A stretch of 64,000 nucleotides of DNA from a bacterium (GCA_049472315.1 JBLIRN010000017.1:1-64000); one strand, 5' to 3'. Positions 48,808-62,624 are shown, counted from the first letter of the stretch. Notes: generated from the letters alone by a model not told the origin. A program made the numbers and translations.

Positions 48808-50796
48808 ATGGAACGCGACGGACGCAGGCGGGTGGTCATCGAGCGGGTCACCCCGCAGATCGATGGCGGCAGGTTTCCCCTAAAACGGGTGACAGGCGAG
48901 CGGATCATGGTCAGTGCGGATGTATTTGCGGACGGACACGACGATGTCGCCGCGGTCATTCTCTTTCGCAGGGAGGATGAGGAGGAGTGGCGCGAGTCAC
49001 CCATGACATCATCGGGAAACGATGTCTGGGAGGGGTCCTTCAGCGTGGAAGCGCCTGGTTTTTATTCCTATACGGTGGGGGGGTGGATCGACCGGTTCGG
49101 AACCTGGTCCAAGGATCTGAGGAAGACACGAGGTGCGGGTCAGGAGGTGGGGGTGAAGCTCCTGGTCGGTGCCGGATACGTGGAGGCGGCTGCGGAGCGG
49201 GCAGCAGGGATCGACATGGAGAGGCTCCGTCAGATCGCCGCTATCGTGAGCAACCGGGAGGATATCGAGCAGGCGGTTTCCGTGGGTCTTGGCGACGAGC
49301 TTGCCGTGCTGATGGAACGGTATCCGGATAGGGGGCTGTTGTCCGTATACGAGCGGGAGCTTCCCCTGGTGGTGGACAGGGAGAAGGCCCTGTTCAGCAC
49401 CTGGTACGAAATCTTTCCCCGATCCTGTTCCCCGGAGCCGGGAGGACACGGGACATTTAAGGACTGCGAAGGGTTCCTCCCCGAGCTGGAGCGGATGGGA
49501 TTCGATGTGCTCTACCTGCCCCCCATTCACCCTATCGGCAGGACAAAACGCAAGGGAAAGGACAACGCCCCTGCTGCCGGGCCGGACGACCCGGGAAGCC
49601 CCTGGGCCATCGGGTCCGAAGAGGGAGGGCATACCAGCGTCCATCCCCTCCTCGGCACCATGGAGGACTTCGAGGATCTCGTCAAAAAGGCCGCCGGCCA
49701 CGGCATCGAGATCGCCCTTGATCTGGCCTTCCAGTGCTCAAACGACCACCCCTATCTCAAAGAGCACCCGGAGTGGTTCCAGTGGCGGCCGGACGGCACT
49801 ATCCAGTTTGCGGAAAATCCCCCCAAACGCTATGAGGACATCGTGCCCTTCTTCTTCGAGACGGACCACTGGCATTCCCTGTGGGAGGAATTGAAGGGGA
49901 TCGTGCTTTTCTGGATCGAAAAGGGGGTTCGCATATTCCGCGTGGACAACCCCCACACCAAGCCCTTTTCATTCTGGGAATGGCTCATCAGGGAGGTGAA
50001 GCGGCAGCATCCCGATGCGCTCTTTCTTGCGGAGGCATTTACCCGGCCCAAGGTCATGAACCGCCTGGCAAAGCTTGGCTTCACCCAGTCCTACACATAT
50101 TTCACCTGGCGAAACACCAAGCAGGAACTCACCGCATACCTCACCGAGCTTATCTCCGCCGGGATACAGGAGTATCTCCGCCCCTGTTTCTGGCCTACTA
50201 CCCCGGATATCCTCCCTGAATTCCTGCAGTACGACGGCAGGTCCGCATTTCTCGTCCGCCTTGTGCTGGCTGCAACCCTCTCCTCGAACTACGGACTCTA
50301 CGGTCCTCCCTTCGAGCTGTTTATCAACGAGGGGGTCACCGACCGCGAGGAGTATATTAATTCGGAAAAATACGAGGTGAGGCACTGGGATGTGGATGCA
50401 CGGGAGGATAACCTGCGGGACTTCATCGCCCGGGTCAACGCGATCCGGCGGAACAACAAGGCCCTGCAGGCCACCGGGAACCTCCGGTTCTGCGAGGTGG
50501 ACAACGAATACCTCCTTGCCTTTGTCAAGGCCTCCGAGGACCTCTCCAACATCGTCATGGTCGTCGTGAACCTGGATCCCTTCCACACCCAATCCGGCTT
50601 CGTCAAGATTCCCCTCGATGAGATGGGTATCGTGCCGGGCCAGCCCTACCTTGTCACCGACCTGATCAGCGATGACAAATATCTGTGGCAGGGGGATTCG
50701 AACCACGTGGAGCTTGCCCCCTCCCTCGTCCCGGCCCACATATTCAGGGTGCACCGCCGGTTGCGCAGGGAGGCGGACTTCGACTACTTCATGTAG
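48808..50796 (+). CDS. glgE: Alpha-1,4-glucan:maltose-1-phosphate maltosyltransferase
   Basis: VFADGHD, WYEIFPRS, YLPPIHPIG, ENPPKRYEDI, FRVDNPHTKP, LAEAFT, NSEKYE. Confidence 0.95.
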   Translation: MERDGRRRVVIERVTPQIDGGRFPLKRVTGERIMVSADVFADGHDDVAAVILFRREDEEEWRESPMTSSGNDVWEGSFSVEAPGFYSYTVGGWIDRFGTWSKDLRKTRGAGQEVGVKLLVGAGYVEAAAERAAGIDMERLRQIAAIVSNREDIEQAVSVGLGDELAVLMERYPDRGLLSVYERELPLVVDREKALFSTWYEIFPRSCSPEPGGHGTFKDCEGFLPELERMGFDVLYLPPIHPIGRTKRKGKDNAPAAGPDDPGSPWAIGSEEGGHTSVHPLLGTMEDFEDLVKKAAGHGIEIALDLAFQCSNDHPYLKEHPEWFQWRPDGTIQFAENPPKRYEDIVPFFFETDHWHSLWEELKGIVLFWIEKGVRIFRVDNPHTKPFSFWEWLIREVKRQHPDALFLAEAFTRPKVMNRLAKLGFTQSYTYFTWRNTKQELTAYLTELISAGIQEYLRPCFWPTTPDILPEFLQYDGRSAFLVRLVLAATLSSNYGLYGPPFELFINEGVTDREEYINSEKYEVRHWDVDAREDNLRDFIARVNAIRRNNKALQATGNLRFCEVDNEYLLAFVKASEDLSNIVMVVVNLDPFHTQSGFVKIPLDEMGIVPGQPYLVTDLISDDKYLWQGDSNHVELAPSLVPAHIFRVHRRLRREADFDYFM

Positions 50797-50831
50797 GGCG
50801 GCGGTCTCCGCCCGGGGAGAGGGAATTTTCT

Positions 50832-50860
50832 TTGACAATGGGAAGGGAAATCAATATCAT
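50832..50860 (+). promoter_or_regulatory. Putative sigma70 promoter upstream of the HEPN-MNT pair
   Basis: TTGACA-17nt-TATCAT. Confidence 0.55.
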
Positions 50861-51018
50861 GGTAATAGTAATTGACCATCCTCCATGCATATTCTTTTGA
50901 TTCGCCGTCCTGGCGGAGAGGACGGATTCGATGCTTCAGGTAAAAAAGCGGTTTCCGCCCGGACGCCAAGGGGGTTCACTAATGACACGGCTTTCATGCA
51001 ATAAAGGCACATGGGCCC

Positions 51019-51410
51019 ATGAACAGGGCTAAGGATTGGATAGAACAGGCACTAAGGGATCTGGAAAGGGCAAAACTGGATATCTAATATGAGTTTTACG
51101 AATGGGCATGCTTTACGTCGCAGCAGGCTGCTGAAAAGTCCATAAAAGGGCTCTGTATGAAATTGGGAATCGATGCCTGAGGACATTCCGTCGCACATAT
51201 AACCACATTACTTAAAGATAGAATAAAAAAATTCCGGTGTACCTTATCGAGTTGGCACAATTGTTAGATACCTTTTATATCCCTACACGATACCCAAATG
51301 GTTTCAGCATCGGAAAACCGGCGGATTACTACAATAAGAGGATGGCAGGAGAGGCACTCCATGCTGCAGAAGAAATCATTAGGTTCTGTGAAGTTTATCT
51401 CGATACATAG
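51019..51410 (+). pseudogene. HEPN domain pseudogene
   Basis: Manual translation MNRAKDWIEQALRDLERAKLDI*YEFYEWACFTSQQAAEKSIKG...DA*GHS...(frameshift at an A7 run)...LDTFYIPTRYPNG; two stops and one frameshift. Confidence 0.85.
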
Positions 51411-51729
51411 AGAAGCGCTTCTTGAAGCATTACAAAAAACAGCGGAATCGGTGCGTATAAAATATCCCGAGGTTCTCGATATACGTTTGTTTGGCTCCAT
51501 AGCTAAGAAGGAACAGGTGGGCACAAGCGACGTTGATATACTGATCATTCTCAATAAGACAACGGATGCGCCTTACAAGAGGATTCTAAGATTCAGAAGG
51601 GAATTTGATATAGCGGTTCCCCTTGACCTTTTGGTATATACCAAGGATGAGATTACACGGATGATCAGCGAAAAAAATTCCTTTATTGATACCATCCTCA
51701 AGGAAGGCATCTCATTGATTGGACGTTGA
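51361..51729 (+). CDS. Minimal nucleotidyltransferase (MNT)
   Basis: LFGSIA.....TSDVDIL and PLDLLVYT motifs; overlaps the HEPN 3' end. Confidence 0.85.
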   Translation: MLQKKSLGSVKFISIHREALLEALQKTAESVRIKYPEVLDIRLFGSIAKKEQVGTSDVDILIILNKTTDAPYKRILRFRREFDIAVPLDLLVYTKDEITRMISEKNSFIDTILKEGISLIGR

Positions 51730-51928
51730 TCTGTATTCCCCTTTCGTTGGAGACGCTTAATACGGGGATTCATGTATGTATACACGTAAAGGGAAGACGG
51801 AGCGAAGTGTCCATAACCTCTTATCCGGCCAACTCACGCAGGCATTCGATCAGTGGTGAAACATAATCCCTGCGATGATTGTATAACAATGACTTGGCTT
51901 GTCATGAGGAATAAAAAGGAGTGTGACC

Positions 51929-52966
51929 ATGGAAGAGAAAAAGGAGATCTCGGGGAAAAGCACCAAGAGTGAGATTTTGCAGGCATACCATGAGGTATTG
52001 GAAAGGCTCCAGAGGGACCAGGTACCGGATCGGCAAGCGGAGAGGAAACAGGCTGAGGAAAAAAGGCTCGTCAGGGAGGCATCCCAGCATTCAGTGGAGA
52101 GGATTGTAAAGGGACTGGCCCAGATCAAGCTGGAGATAGGGGGAGCCCTGGACAACCTTGAGGAACGGTTGATTGCCGAGTTCAAGAAATTGTCGGACCT
52201 GCAACAGGCAATAGAAATCGGACGAAGGACTCTGGAGGAGATTCACGATATCACGGTGAACGCGGACAGCCTGGCCGCCCTCCTTCAGGCACAGAAGGAG
52301 AAGAATGCACAGTTTGCAAAGGAGATGGAGGAGAAGCGGAATGCCTTTGATGCGGAGTTGGGGCAAAAAAGGCTGGAATGGAGAAGGGAGCAGGAGGCAC
52401 ACGAACAGTCGGTGAAGGAAAGGGATGCAAGGCTTAAAAAGGAACGGGAGCGGGAGGAAGAGGAGTACGCCTATTCCCTCCAGTTGAAGAGAAAGAAGGA
52501 GCACGACGCGTATGAGGCGAAGAAGGCGGCACTGGATAAGGAGCTTGCCGAAAAACGTGCTACCGTTGACAGGGAGCTTTCCGATCGCGAGGCTGCTCTT
52601 TCCGCCCGGGAGAAGGAATACGAGGAATTGAAGGCCACGGTCACTCAATTTCCGGAAAGAATGCAGAAGGCAATACAGGATACGGAAAAATCCGTGACCG
52701 AGAAACTGGACTCACGGTATCGTCACGAGGCAGCGCTCGCCGCCAAGGAGATTGAAGGGGAAAGACGATTGCATGCCCAGATCGTCTCGGGGCTCGAGGC
52801 GAAGATCAAGGAACAGGAAACGTACATCCGCCAGTTGACACAAAAGTCGGACGATGCGGGCAAGCAGGTTCAGAACATCGCCATAAAGGCCATCGAAGGT
52901 GCCTCGGCCCAGCGGTTATTGTCGAAACACTTCGAGGTCGCAAAGGAATCCGCAAAGGAGCAGTAA
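51929..52966 (+). CDS. Long coiled-coil hypothetical protein
   Basis: RBS AAGGAG; Glu/Lys/Arg-rich helical sequence; REREEEEYAY and VQNIAIKAIEGAS motifs. Confidence 0.8.
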   Translation: MEEKKEISGKSTKSEILQAYHEVLERLQRDQVPDRQAERKQAEEKRLVREASQHSVERIVKGLAQIKLEIGGALDNLEERLIAEFKKLSDLQQAIEIGRRTLEEIHDITVNADSLAALLQAQKEKNAQFAKEMEEKRNAFDAELGQKRLEWRREQEAHEQSVKERDARLKKEREREEEEYAYSLQLKRKKEHDAYEAKKAALDKELAEKRATVDRELSDREAALSAREKEYEELKATVTQFPERMQKAIQDTEKSVTEKLDSRYRHEAALAAKEIEGERRLHAQIVSGLEAKIKEQETYIRQLTQKSDDAGKQVQNIAIKAIEGASAQRLLSKHFEVAKESAKEQ

Positions 52967-53321
52967 AGACCCACGGGGCTCTGAGCGACAGCATACCATC
53001 AAGGCCCCCCCACATCTCGAACATGCCTTCACATCCTTTGATTAACATACCTCAAGGGGATCGGGGGCAATGCCCTATCCAAGGTCATTCTGATGGGAAC
53101 AATCTTATTGTCGATAAAAAAATAGGGGGTCTGTTTGCCTTTTACGGCAAGCGCTTATAGAATCGGGAATGGATTCCCTATATACGGTATGTTTTTTTGT
53201 AAACACCCATGACCTTTCGATTACAACAAGGGATGAAGGTTATTAAAAAGAAGTAATTACTTGAAAACGTTCAGGTAAAATTTGTTCCAATTATTTTCTC
53301 TTCATGTCAGGGAAGAGGGGT

Positions 53322-56300
53322 ATGGCACAGAATCAGCGGTCATATTTGGAGGACGATCCCCTCTGGTACAAGGACGCCGTCATCTACGAGCTTCATGTGA
53401 AGGCCTTCTGCGACAGCAATGGGGACGGGATCGGCGATTTCAAGGGGCTCATCACCAGGTTGGACTATCTCCAGAACCTGGGGATCACCGCCATATGGCT
53501 CCTCCCCTTTTATCCCTCCCCCCTCAGGGATGACGGCTACGACATCGCCGATCACTTCAGCGTGCACCCCACCTACGGCACCCTGCGGGATTTCAGGGAA
53601 TTCCTGCGGCAGGCCCACCAGCGCAGGATCAGGGTGATCACCGAGATGGTGCTCAATCACACCTCGGACCAGCACCCCTGGTTCCAGCGATCGAGGTGGG
53701 CAAAGCCCGGTACTCCCTGGCGGGATTTCTACGTATGGAGCGATACGCCGGACCGATACCAGGATGCCCGGGTCATCTTCAAGGATTTCGAGTCATCGAA
53801 CTGGACATGGGACTCGGTGGCAGGGGCCTACTACTGGCACCGCTTCTATGCACATCAGCCCGATCTCAATTACGACAATCCCAGGGTACAGAAGGCCATC
53901 CTCAGTGTCATCGATTTCTGGCTGGGCATGGGGGTGGACGGCCTGCGCCTCGACGCGGTCCCCTATCTGTTCGAGCGGGAGGGCACCAACTGCGAGAACC
54001 TCCCGGAGACCCACACCTTTCTGAAGAGGCTGCGGGCACATGTGGACAGCAGGTTCAGGAACAGGATGCTGCTTGCGGAGGCGAACCAGTGGCCGGAGGA
54101 TGCAGCCGTGTACTTCGGTGACGGCAACGAGTGCCACATGGCCTTCAACTTCCCGGTGATGCCCAGGATGTTCATGGCCCTCCAGATGGAAGACCGCTTT
54201 CCCATCATCGACATCCTGGACCCGCCCCTGGAGATACCGGAGCCGTGCCAGTGGGCCATGTTCCTGCGGAACCACGACGAGCTCACCCTGGAGATGGTCA
54301 CGGACGAGGAGCGGGACTACATGTACCGGGTCTATGCCCAGGACCCCCTCACCAAGATCAACCTGGGGATCAGGCGGCGGCTCGCCCCCCTGCTCGGGAA
54401 CAACCGCAACCGGATCGAGGTGCTGAACACGCTGCTCTTTTCCCTGCTGGGCACCCCGGTAATCTACTATGGGGACGAGATCGGGATGGGTGACAACTAC
54501 TACCTGGGCGACCGGGACGGGGTGCGCACCCCCTTTCAGTGGGGCCCCGACCGCAATGCCGGGTTTTCCACGAGCAATCCGCAACGTCTCTACCTTCCCA
54601 CGATCATCGATCCCGAGTATCACTACGAGGTGGTAAACGTTGAAAACCAGGAGCGCAACCTTTCCTCCCTGATGTGGTGGATGAGACGGGTGATCGCCAT
54701 GCGGAGGCGCTTCAAGGCATTCAGCCGCGGCGACATCCGGTTTCTCTCCCCCCGGAATCCCAAGGTGTTGGCGTTCATCAGGCAGTACCAGGAGGAGATC
54801 ATCCTGGTGGTGCTGAACCTTTCCCGGTTCTCACAGGTGGTGGAACTGGACCTTTCGGAATACGCCGGCCTGATCCCTCAGGAGGCGTTCAGCCAGAACA
54901 ACTTCCCTCCCATCAGGCGGGAGTCCTACGTCCTCACCCTGGGCCCCCATAATTATTTCTGGTTTGTGCTGAAGGGCGAGCAGGAGATGATCAGGGTGGA
55001 ACGGGAGGACGTGCTCCCCTACCTGCAGGTGCAGGAAGGGATAAAGGAGCTTGCCGGGACCGAGGTGCGGGAGAAGCTGGAACGCCACGTGCTTCCAACG
55101 TATCTGAAGAAGTCCCGCTGGTTCGGCGGAAAGGGGAGGACCATGCGCTCCATCGAAATCCTGGAGATGGTGCCCGTTGCCCGGAAGGGCCTTGGCGCGC
55201 CCCTTCTTCTCACCATCCGGGTCAACTACAACGAGGGAATCCCCGAGACCTATTTCATCCCCTTGTCCTGGGCAGGCAGCCACGAGGCCGAAGCCATAAG
55301 GAGGCATTTTCACCACAGCATCATCGCCTCCATGAAGGTGGGGGAGGAGGAGGGGATACTGTATGACGGGGCATACAACCGGGAGTTGCACCGTATCCTC
55401 TTCGATATGATCGCACGGCGAAAAAGGATCGGCACGCAGGCAGGGGAGTTTGTCGCCTATCCCAACAAGGGATTTGAGGGGATGCCCCGGGGAACTGCGG
55501 CGTATGTGGATTCCTCCGTGCTGGGGGCGGAACAGAGCAACACCTCAATCCTTTATAAGGATAATTTTATACTCAAGATTTTCAGAAAGCTCGATGAGGG
55601 CGCACACCCTGATGCGGAGATCACCAGGGCCCTTACCGACAGGGCCCGCTTCCCCCACATCCCTGCCTTTGCCGGTGCCGTCGAATACCGGCAGCCGCGC
55701 GGCGAACCGACGTTCATCGGACTGCTCCAGCGGTTCGTGCCCAACCAGGGGGATGCCTGGCACTTCACCCTGGATCACGTGCATAAATATCTCGAGCGGG
55801 TGCTTGCGAGGAGGGGGGATCTCACCGATATCCCCCGAACATCAGGGCTGTTCGACGAGGATCTTATGAAGGCATATCCCTTCATGGACGAACTGGCGGG
55901 CGCCTTTTTTGCCGAGATGGTGAGCCTTCTGGGAAGGCGCACGGGGGAGCTGCATCGTGCCCTTTACTCGCTCACGGGAGACCCCGCCTTTACCCCGGAG
56001 CCCTTCTCCATCCTCTACCAGCGCTCCGTGTTCCAGTCCATGCGGAGCTTGACCAGGAAGGTGTTCCGTCTGCTGCGGGAAAACCTCGCGGGCCTTCCGG
56101 ACCACATCCGGGAAGAGGCATCCGCGGTGATGGATGCCGAGCGGGAGATCCTTGCCAGACTGGCCCGAATCCTCGGAAAGAAGATCTCCGCCATGAAGAT
56201 CCGGATTCACGGCGATTACCATCTCGGCCAGGTCCTTTTCACCGGCAAGGATTTCGTGATCATCGATTTCGAGGGGGAGCCGGCTGTGGCCCTGGGCGAG

Positions 56301-56654
56301 CGGCGGCTGAAACGTTCCCCCCTGCGGGATGTGGCGGGAATGGTGCGCTCATTTCATTATGCCGCGCATGCCGGGTTCCTTCGTTATCCCTTTGTGCATC
56401 AGACCGACGCCCCTTTCCTTGAACCCTGGGTGATCGTGTGGTACCACTATACAAGCACCCTTTTCCTGTCCTCGTACCTCGAGACGGTCAGGGATGCCCC
56501 CTTCATCCCCCAGGGCGGCGAGGAATTCGACATCCTGTTCGATGCATTCCTGCTGCAGAAGGCGGTGTACGAACTTGGCTACGAGCTGAACAACAGGCCC
56601 GACTGGGTTGCGATCCCCCTGGGGGGGATCAGCGCCATCCTGAACGAGGCATAA
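53322..56654 (+). CDS. treS: Trehalose synthase / maltokinase fusion (TreS-Mak)
   Basis: [29 protein letters not shown]-terminal [24 protein letters not shown]. Confidence 0.95.
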   Translation: MAQNQRSYLEDDPLWYKDAVIYELHVKAFCDSNGDGIGDFKGLITRLDYLQNLGITAIWLLPFYPSPLRDDGYDIADHFSVHPTYGTLRDFREFLRQAHQRRIRVITEMVLNHTSDQHPWFQRSRWAKPGTPWRDFYVWSDTPDRYQDARVIFKDFESSNWTWDSVAGAYYWHRFYAHQPDLNYDNPRVQKAILSVIDFWLGMGVDGLRLDAVPYLFEREGTNCENLPETHTFLKRLRAHVDSRFRNRMLLAEANQWPEDAAVYFGDGNECHMAFNFPVMPRMFMALQMEDRFPIIDILDPPLEIPEPCQWAMFLRNHDELTLEMVTDEERDYMYRVYAQDPLTKINLGIRRRLAPLLGNNRNRIEVLNTLLFSLLGTPVIYYGDEIGMGDNYYLGDRDGVRTPFQWGPDRNAGFSTSNPQRLYLPTIIDPEYHYEVVNVENQERNLSSLMWWMRRVIAMRRRFKAFSRGDIRFLSPRNPKVLAFIRQYQEEIILVVLNLSRFSQVVELDLSEYAGLIPQEAFSQNNFPPIRRESYVLTLGPHNYFWFVLKGEQEMIRVEREDVLPYLQVQEGIKELAGTEVREKLERHVLPTYLKKSRWFGGKGRTMRSIEILEMVPVARKGLGAPLLLTIRVNYNEGIPETYFIPLSWAGSHEAEAIRRHFHHSIIASMKVGEEEGILYDGAYNRELHRILFDMIARRKRIGTQAGEFVAYPNKGFEGMPRGTAAYVDSSVLGAEQSNTSILYKDNFILKIFRKLDEGAHPDAEITRALTDRARFPHIPAFAGAVEYRQPRGEPTFIGLLQRFVPNQGDAWHFTLDHVHKYLERVLARRGDLTDIPRTSGLFDEDLMKAYPFMDELAGAFFAEMVSLLGRRTGELHRALYSLTGDPAFTPEPFSILYQRSVFQSMRSLTRKVFRLLRENLAGLPDHIREEASAVMDAEREILARLARILGKKISAMKIRIHGDYHLGQVLFTGKDFVIIDFEGEPAVALGERRLKRSPLRDVAGMVRSFHYAAHAGFLRYPFVHQTDAPFLEPWVIVWYHYTSTLFLSSYLETVRDAPFIPQGGEEFDILFDAFLLQKAVYELGYELNNRPDWVAIPLGGISAILNEA

Positions 56655-56748
56655 GGTCCTCGTTCCCTGCCCGCCTTTGAGGGCATTGCAGGGGTCTTCC
56701 CCTCTCCGCGGGCGACAGGGCTTTTCATCGAAAAGGAGCATGCAGCAT

Positions 56749-58677
<1,929 letters not shown>

Positions 58678-58958
58678 AAGAATCCCTTATAAAGGAACAG
58701 ACTTCAATCCGTCTGATACCGAATTGATAGTTTAACCTCTTCAACGCCGATTAATATGTATAGTGTGCATATAGTTGCACAGGGAGTGGAATGGGCGGCG
58801 GATCCAAATGCCTTGAAGGCGTGTAGTAACCCTCCGATGCCTATTGCAATGATTCTTGATGGATGCACAAAACCGGTCGAAAGGAGGTGACGTCATTTCC
58901 GAAATCCCCTCATGATGAACTCGCTTATCCACCCGTTGTGCGTATAAAGGTGAATCGA

Positions 58959-59552
58959 ATGAAGCCATTGATTGTCTTTCTTGTGATCTGCCTTGTGCTG
59001 CTCCTGCCCGGCCGGGGGACATGCCAGATCTGGACGGGCGCTATCAACCTTCAGATCGGCGTCAAGGAGCTTGATGACGATGACTGGGCCCCTTTGGACA
59101 CCCACCTCGGATTCGGCATCCTCATGGATTTCAGGCAGGAGACCTGGCCGGCAGGCATCGCCTTCGATGTTATGCGCTCATCCGACGATGTCACGGAATA
59201 CGATGCCGGTCTGGGAGGGAATTACGACATCGAGGTCAATACCCTGGAGATCGATCTCGGCGTGCGGAAGATATTCGACAGCAAGCGGACAAAAATCAGA
59301 CCATACATCGGCGGCGGCATAGGATACGTAAATGCCGAGTTTGAACGATTTACAGTAAAGACGTATACCTCGATCTCCGAAGACGACAGCACGCTCGGTT
59401 TCTGGGTCGATGCGGGATTTCACTGGCTGCTCTCCAGTGAATTCAGCATAGGTGTGGATGCACGGTGGTCCACGGCGGAGGTCACCATGTTCGACGAAAA
59501 GCTGGATGCCGGCGGGCTGCAGTACGGATTTATGGTGGGGCATCACTGGTAG
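58959..59552 (+). CDS. Small outer-membrane beta-barrel protein
   Basis: Signal peptide; alternating amphipathic strands; RPYIGGGIGY; terminal aromatic residue (GHHW). Confidence 0.8.
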   Translation: MKPLIVFLVICLVLLLPGRGTCQIWTGAINLQIGVKELDDDDWAPLDTHLGFGILMDFRQETWPAGIAFDVMRSSDDVTEYDAGLGGNYDIEVNTLEIDLGVRKIFDSKRTKIRPYIGGGIGYVNAEFERFTVKTYTSISEDDSTLGFWVDAGFHWLLSSEFSIGVDARWSTAEVTMFDEKLDAGGLQYGFMVGHHW

Positions 59553-59602
59553 CAGCCCCTGATGAACTAAGAATTGTCGGCCGACTTCCCCTTTTTACCG
59601 GA

Positions 59603-60100
59603 TCATAGGTCTCGAGAACCGCCGGTCAACCAGAAAGAGGATGGTATGAAAACAGGGCAATATAGAGGGGTGCTCAGGAGATTGACATCGAGTACGCGGG
59701 TCTGCTTCCACATGGGCTGACATCCAAAGGGCACGCTGATAAAAGTGGGAGTGCCTATGGAGGATTTTCGGAGGCCATATCCCTCAGGAAGGGAAAGGGA
59801 AGTAAATGCATATTGGGGAAGCTCGGAGGATGCGGCCCTGTACATCAAAGAAACCGAATACGGTATGGAGGGAGGCTGGTATTGAAACATATAGGCCGAT
59901 GGATACGGATATCCCTGGAGCACACCAAACCTTCCCGTTCCTGTTGTCCAATCGGATGGATAATAAATCTGATTCCAGAAGGCCTGTGCCTCTGTCTCGA
60001 CCGATCTATTTTGGGCCATTACATGGTGCTTGGTGAATGGTATTGCGCACAAAAAAAGGAAACCAATCGATATTGTTGCTACGCATAATCTCCAACTCAT
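59603..60100 (-). CDS. Secreted Tyr/Pro/Ser-rich hypothetical protein
   Basis: RBS AAGGAG; signal-like N-terminus VMA|Q. Confidence 0.6.
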   Translation of the reverse strand: MSWRLCVATISIGFLFLCAIPFTKHHVMAQNRSVETEAQAFWNQIYYPSDWTTGTGRFGVLQGYPYPSAYMFQYQPPSIPYSVSLMYRAASSELPQYAFTSLSLPEGYGLRKSSIGTPTFISVPFGCQPMWKQTRVLDVNLLSTPLYCPVFIPSSFWLTGGSRDL

Positions 60101-60267
60101 TGTATCTTCCTCCTTAAACCATTTATTGCATATTGGTAGTATGATTCAAGGTTATCATACGTGGGGCAGGACATGCGATCACTATGCCCTTGTCCCCTTC
60201 CGTTTTGCTCCCATAGGCCCACCTTGCCCTTTGCGATTATGATCTTTGCAGGATTTGATCGATCGTT

Positions 60268-60951
60268 TCAAAGATCAGACGCCGTCAAAAAGGAGAAATT
60301 GGGATTATAGCCTAAAATGTCATATGCGGATAACAATGAAGGGGTGCCGGCTATAATCTCATTTACCAAGGGTATATCCCAACTGAAGACCTCATTGGCA
60401 AAGGGGTTATAATAATAGACGTTCCAGCTTGGATACCAGGGGTCGGGGATGAACTGCGGGTAGGTATAAAGATAATAGTTAAATGCCAGGGGCACGTTTT
60501 CAAGAAGCCACAGGGGGGCTGTTACAGGCAGATCGGCATAACCTGCTGGTAAGACGAGCGGGGTTGGGGGGAGGGTCCAGATGATTCCCGCTATATTCAC
60601 TGAGATTTGAAGAGTGCTCGGAGGCCAGGGTTTAATGCCCCCCAAAAGCCCATCCCAATATACCAGCCCTTCAGGACCATTGAAGAGGATGTAAGGGGTA
60701 GCCAAGTCCGGGTCCCATGTAATGCCCGGCTGTATCGGCAGCACCGTGCCCGTCGATAAATCAGTGACAACCGGGGTTGGCATGCCGGTGAGGGGATCCA
60801 CCGGCGATAGAGTCGGGGACCATAGGGGCCACAGGGTATTGAAAGGGGGCAATGCCACCCAGTTCTGTGCCTGAATAGTATGGGTGAAACAAAAGATGAG
60901 AAGAACCAAGGGGAATATTCGGACGTGTCTTTTTGCAGCATAGAAATTCAT
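60268..60951 (-). CDS. Secreted Pro/aromatic-rich protein, PPYN family, fifth divergent copy
   Basis: IQA|QNWVALPPFNTLWPLWSPTLSPVDPLTGMPTP...WDP...PWPP. Confidence 0.88.
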   Translation of the reverse strand: MNFYAAKRHVRIFPLVLLIFCFTHTIQAQNWVALPPFNTLWPLWSPTLSPVDPLTGMPTPVVTDLSTGTVLPIQPGITWDPDLATPYILFNGPEGLVYWDGLLGGIKPWPPSTLQISVNIAGIIWTLPPTPLVLPAGYADLPVTAPLWLLENVPLAFNYYLYTYPQFIPDPWYPSWNVYYYNPFANEVFSWDIPLVNEIIAGTPSLLSAYDILGYNPNFSFLTASDL

Positions 60952-61258
60952 ACCGCTATTACCTTATAAATATACCTTCCTGATTTCAATTCGTTTATCC
61001 ATAGGGTATGGGCATATCTTTCATATCACCTCCCGTAACAAGGCATTCCTTCAATCCTTTCAAGATTCCCCTCAGGAAACCAGGAAAAACCCCAGTGCCT
61101 TGTGAGGGTTCCATATGTTATTAAGTATACCTCCATCTTCGATAATCTTACATCAATCGTGATGAGGTCAATGTATACCCCATCGTGTGTATCCTTCACC
61201 ATTCACGATAAAAAAATTTAAGGCACATGCAATCTTTCGAAACTGGCAAGGGCACATT

Positions 61259-61828
61259 TCACAAGATGAGAGGATAGGATGCAACATACCAGGAGGCTAT
61301 CGGATTCAAGGCATAGTAGGCAAGCAACGATGATATATCTCCATAATTGAAATAGGGATAAGAGGTTGCCAATCCGGAATATGCCGTTACACTCGGAAGG
61401 CCGAATGGGCCGAATGCCCCCGGCAGCGTGCTTCCGGTCGAAGCTGCAGCAAAATACAAATTCAGGTAATCGACATACGTAGGAAATGATGTGGAGAGGT
61501 AAATCTGAGGATCTGAAAGACCGGGGTATCCTGAGAATATGCCTGGTACCGCATAGGATATATCCGCCAAAGGAGTTGGCGGCACCACTGCCCCTGCAGG
61601 CCAGACAAATGAATCGAAGGCTGTAATCGTGTCTCCCACATATGGATAGATGGGAGGGAGACCTCCAAGGGTGAAGAAGGGATTCGGTGTGTAGCTGATG
61701 TTCACCGGAAGCGCTATACCACCGTAAACAGAAGGGACGATGATCTGCGCATTGGCGAGATTCAAGAGGAACAGGGGGATAAAAATGACCATCAGGATGA
61801 TTATTGCGGAGCGATCTTTCATGCTCAT
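61259..61828 (-). CDS. Secreted Tyr/Pro-rich low-complexity protein
   Basis: RBS AAGGAG; signal peptide ANA|Q; mature part lacks Lys/Arg. Confidence 0.8.
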   Translation of the reverse strand: MSMKDRSAIIILMVIFIPLFLLNLANAQIIVPSVYGGIALPVNISYTPNPFFTLGGLPPIYPYVGDTITAFDSFVWPAGAVVPPTPLADISYAVPGIFSGYPGLSDPQIYLSTSFPTYVDYLNLYFAAASTGSTLPGAFGPFGLPSVTAYSGLATSYPYFNYGDISSLLAYYALNPIASWYVASYPLIL

Positions 61829-62439
61829 GGCACTATCTCCTTATACAGTTGTTGAAGATAAAGGGTGTCTCCGTACGGGCCGCTTACTATGCTTATTACC
61901 TCCGAGTCCGTCCCCGCAAATGAGGAGAAGGCCTAACGTCAGTGCCTATCGGGTGGATAAATGTGCGATGAACGACGAAGACCCTGGTCAGACCGGTGGG
62001 GATCATTGAAAACGGCCCTCTATGGTGTCCCTGTATGCATAATATCTTGTTGATTATAAAACATATTTCATAGAACCTGCCTGAACGCCATCCCCTGATT
62101 ACAGGCATTTGTTTTTTGGGGGATATACGAAAATGTGCATAAGAGGCCATCGATATAATACAGTTACTATCTATAACATAATACTACTATTTTTTTAGAA
62201 TAATATCCATGCTTAAGATGATATACTATTCAAGATGCACATGCACGAAAGGAAGTGCTTGCAGCGATCCTTATCAAGGATTGTTGGCCGTTGTTTTATG
62301 TCATCAAACGGGATTGCTCCATCTTCAATGAACACAATAATGTCTATGGTTTTCATCAGTGCCTTTCGATGGCGAATCAATACGCGCACAGGAAATATGG
62401 TCAGATATGACCTTGAAAATCCTCATATTCTTTAAGGGT

Positions 62440-62560
62440 TTTCAAGGTTACATGGCTGTGGCTGTTCAAAACCTCAATCTGGAACATTTATGGGTGATCT
62501 ATCCGGGGAATCAGGAATATACGCTGGATGAAAGAATCACCGTCATCCCGGTGACCGCTG
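62440..62560 (+). pseudogene. Possible C-terminal remnant of an AAA/DUF4143-type ATP-binding protein
   Basis: MAVAVQNLNLEHLWVIYPGNQEYTLDERITVIPV resembles that family's C-terminus (from memory); no N-terminal part present. Confidence 0.35.
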
Positions 62561-62624
62561 TTTCTCCTGACGGAGAGGATTCGAAGGCAAGGAGAATAAA
62601 GGTCTGCGTCTTGTCGGCCACGAA

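Noticed and set aside
51178..51180. TGA at a probable Trp position as stop-codon recoding
   Set aside because: The same gene also has a TAA and a frameshift, and TGA terminates many intact genes in the window
61222..61258. TTTCGAAA as another enhancer copy
   Set aside because: Flanks differ and there is no sigma54 site at the expected distance; more likely part of a hairpin after the 61259 gene
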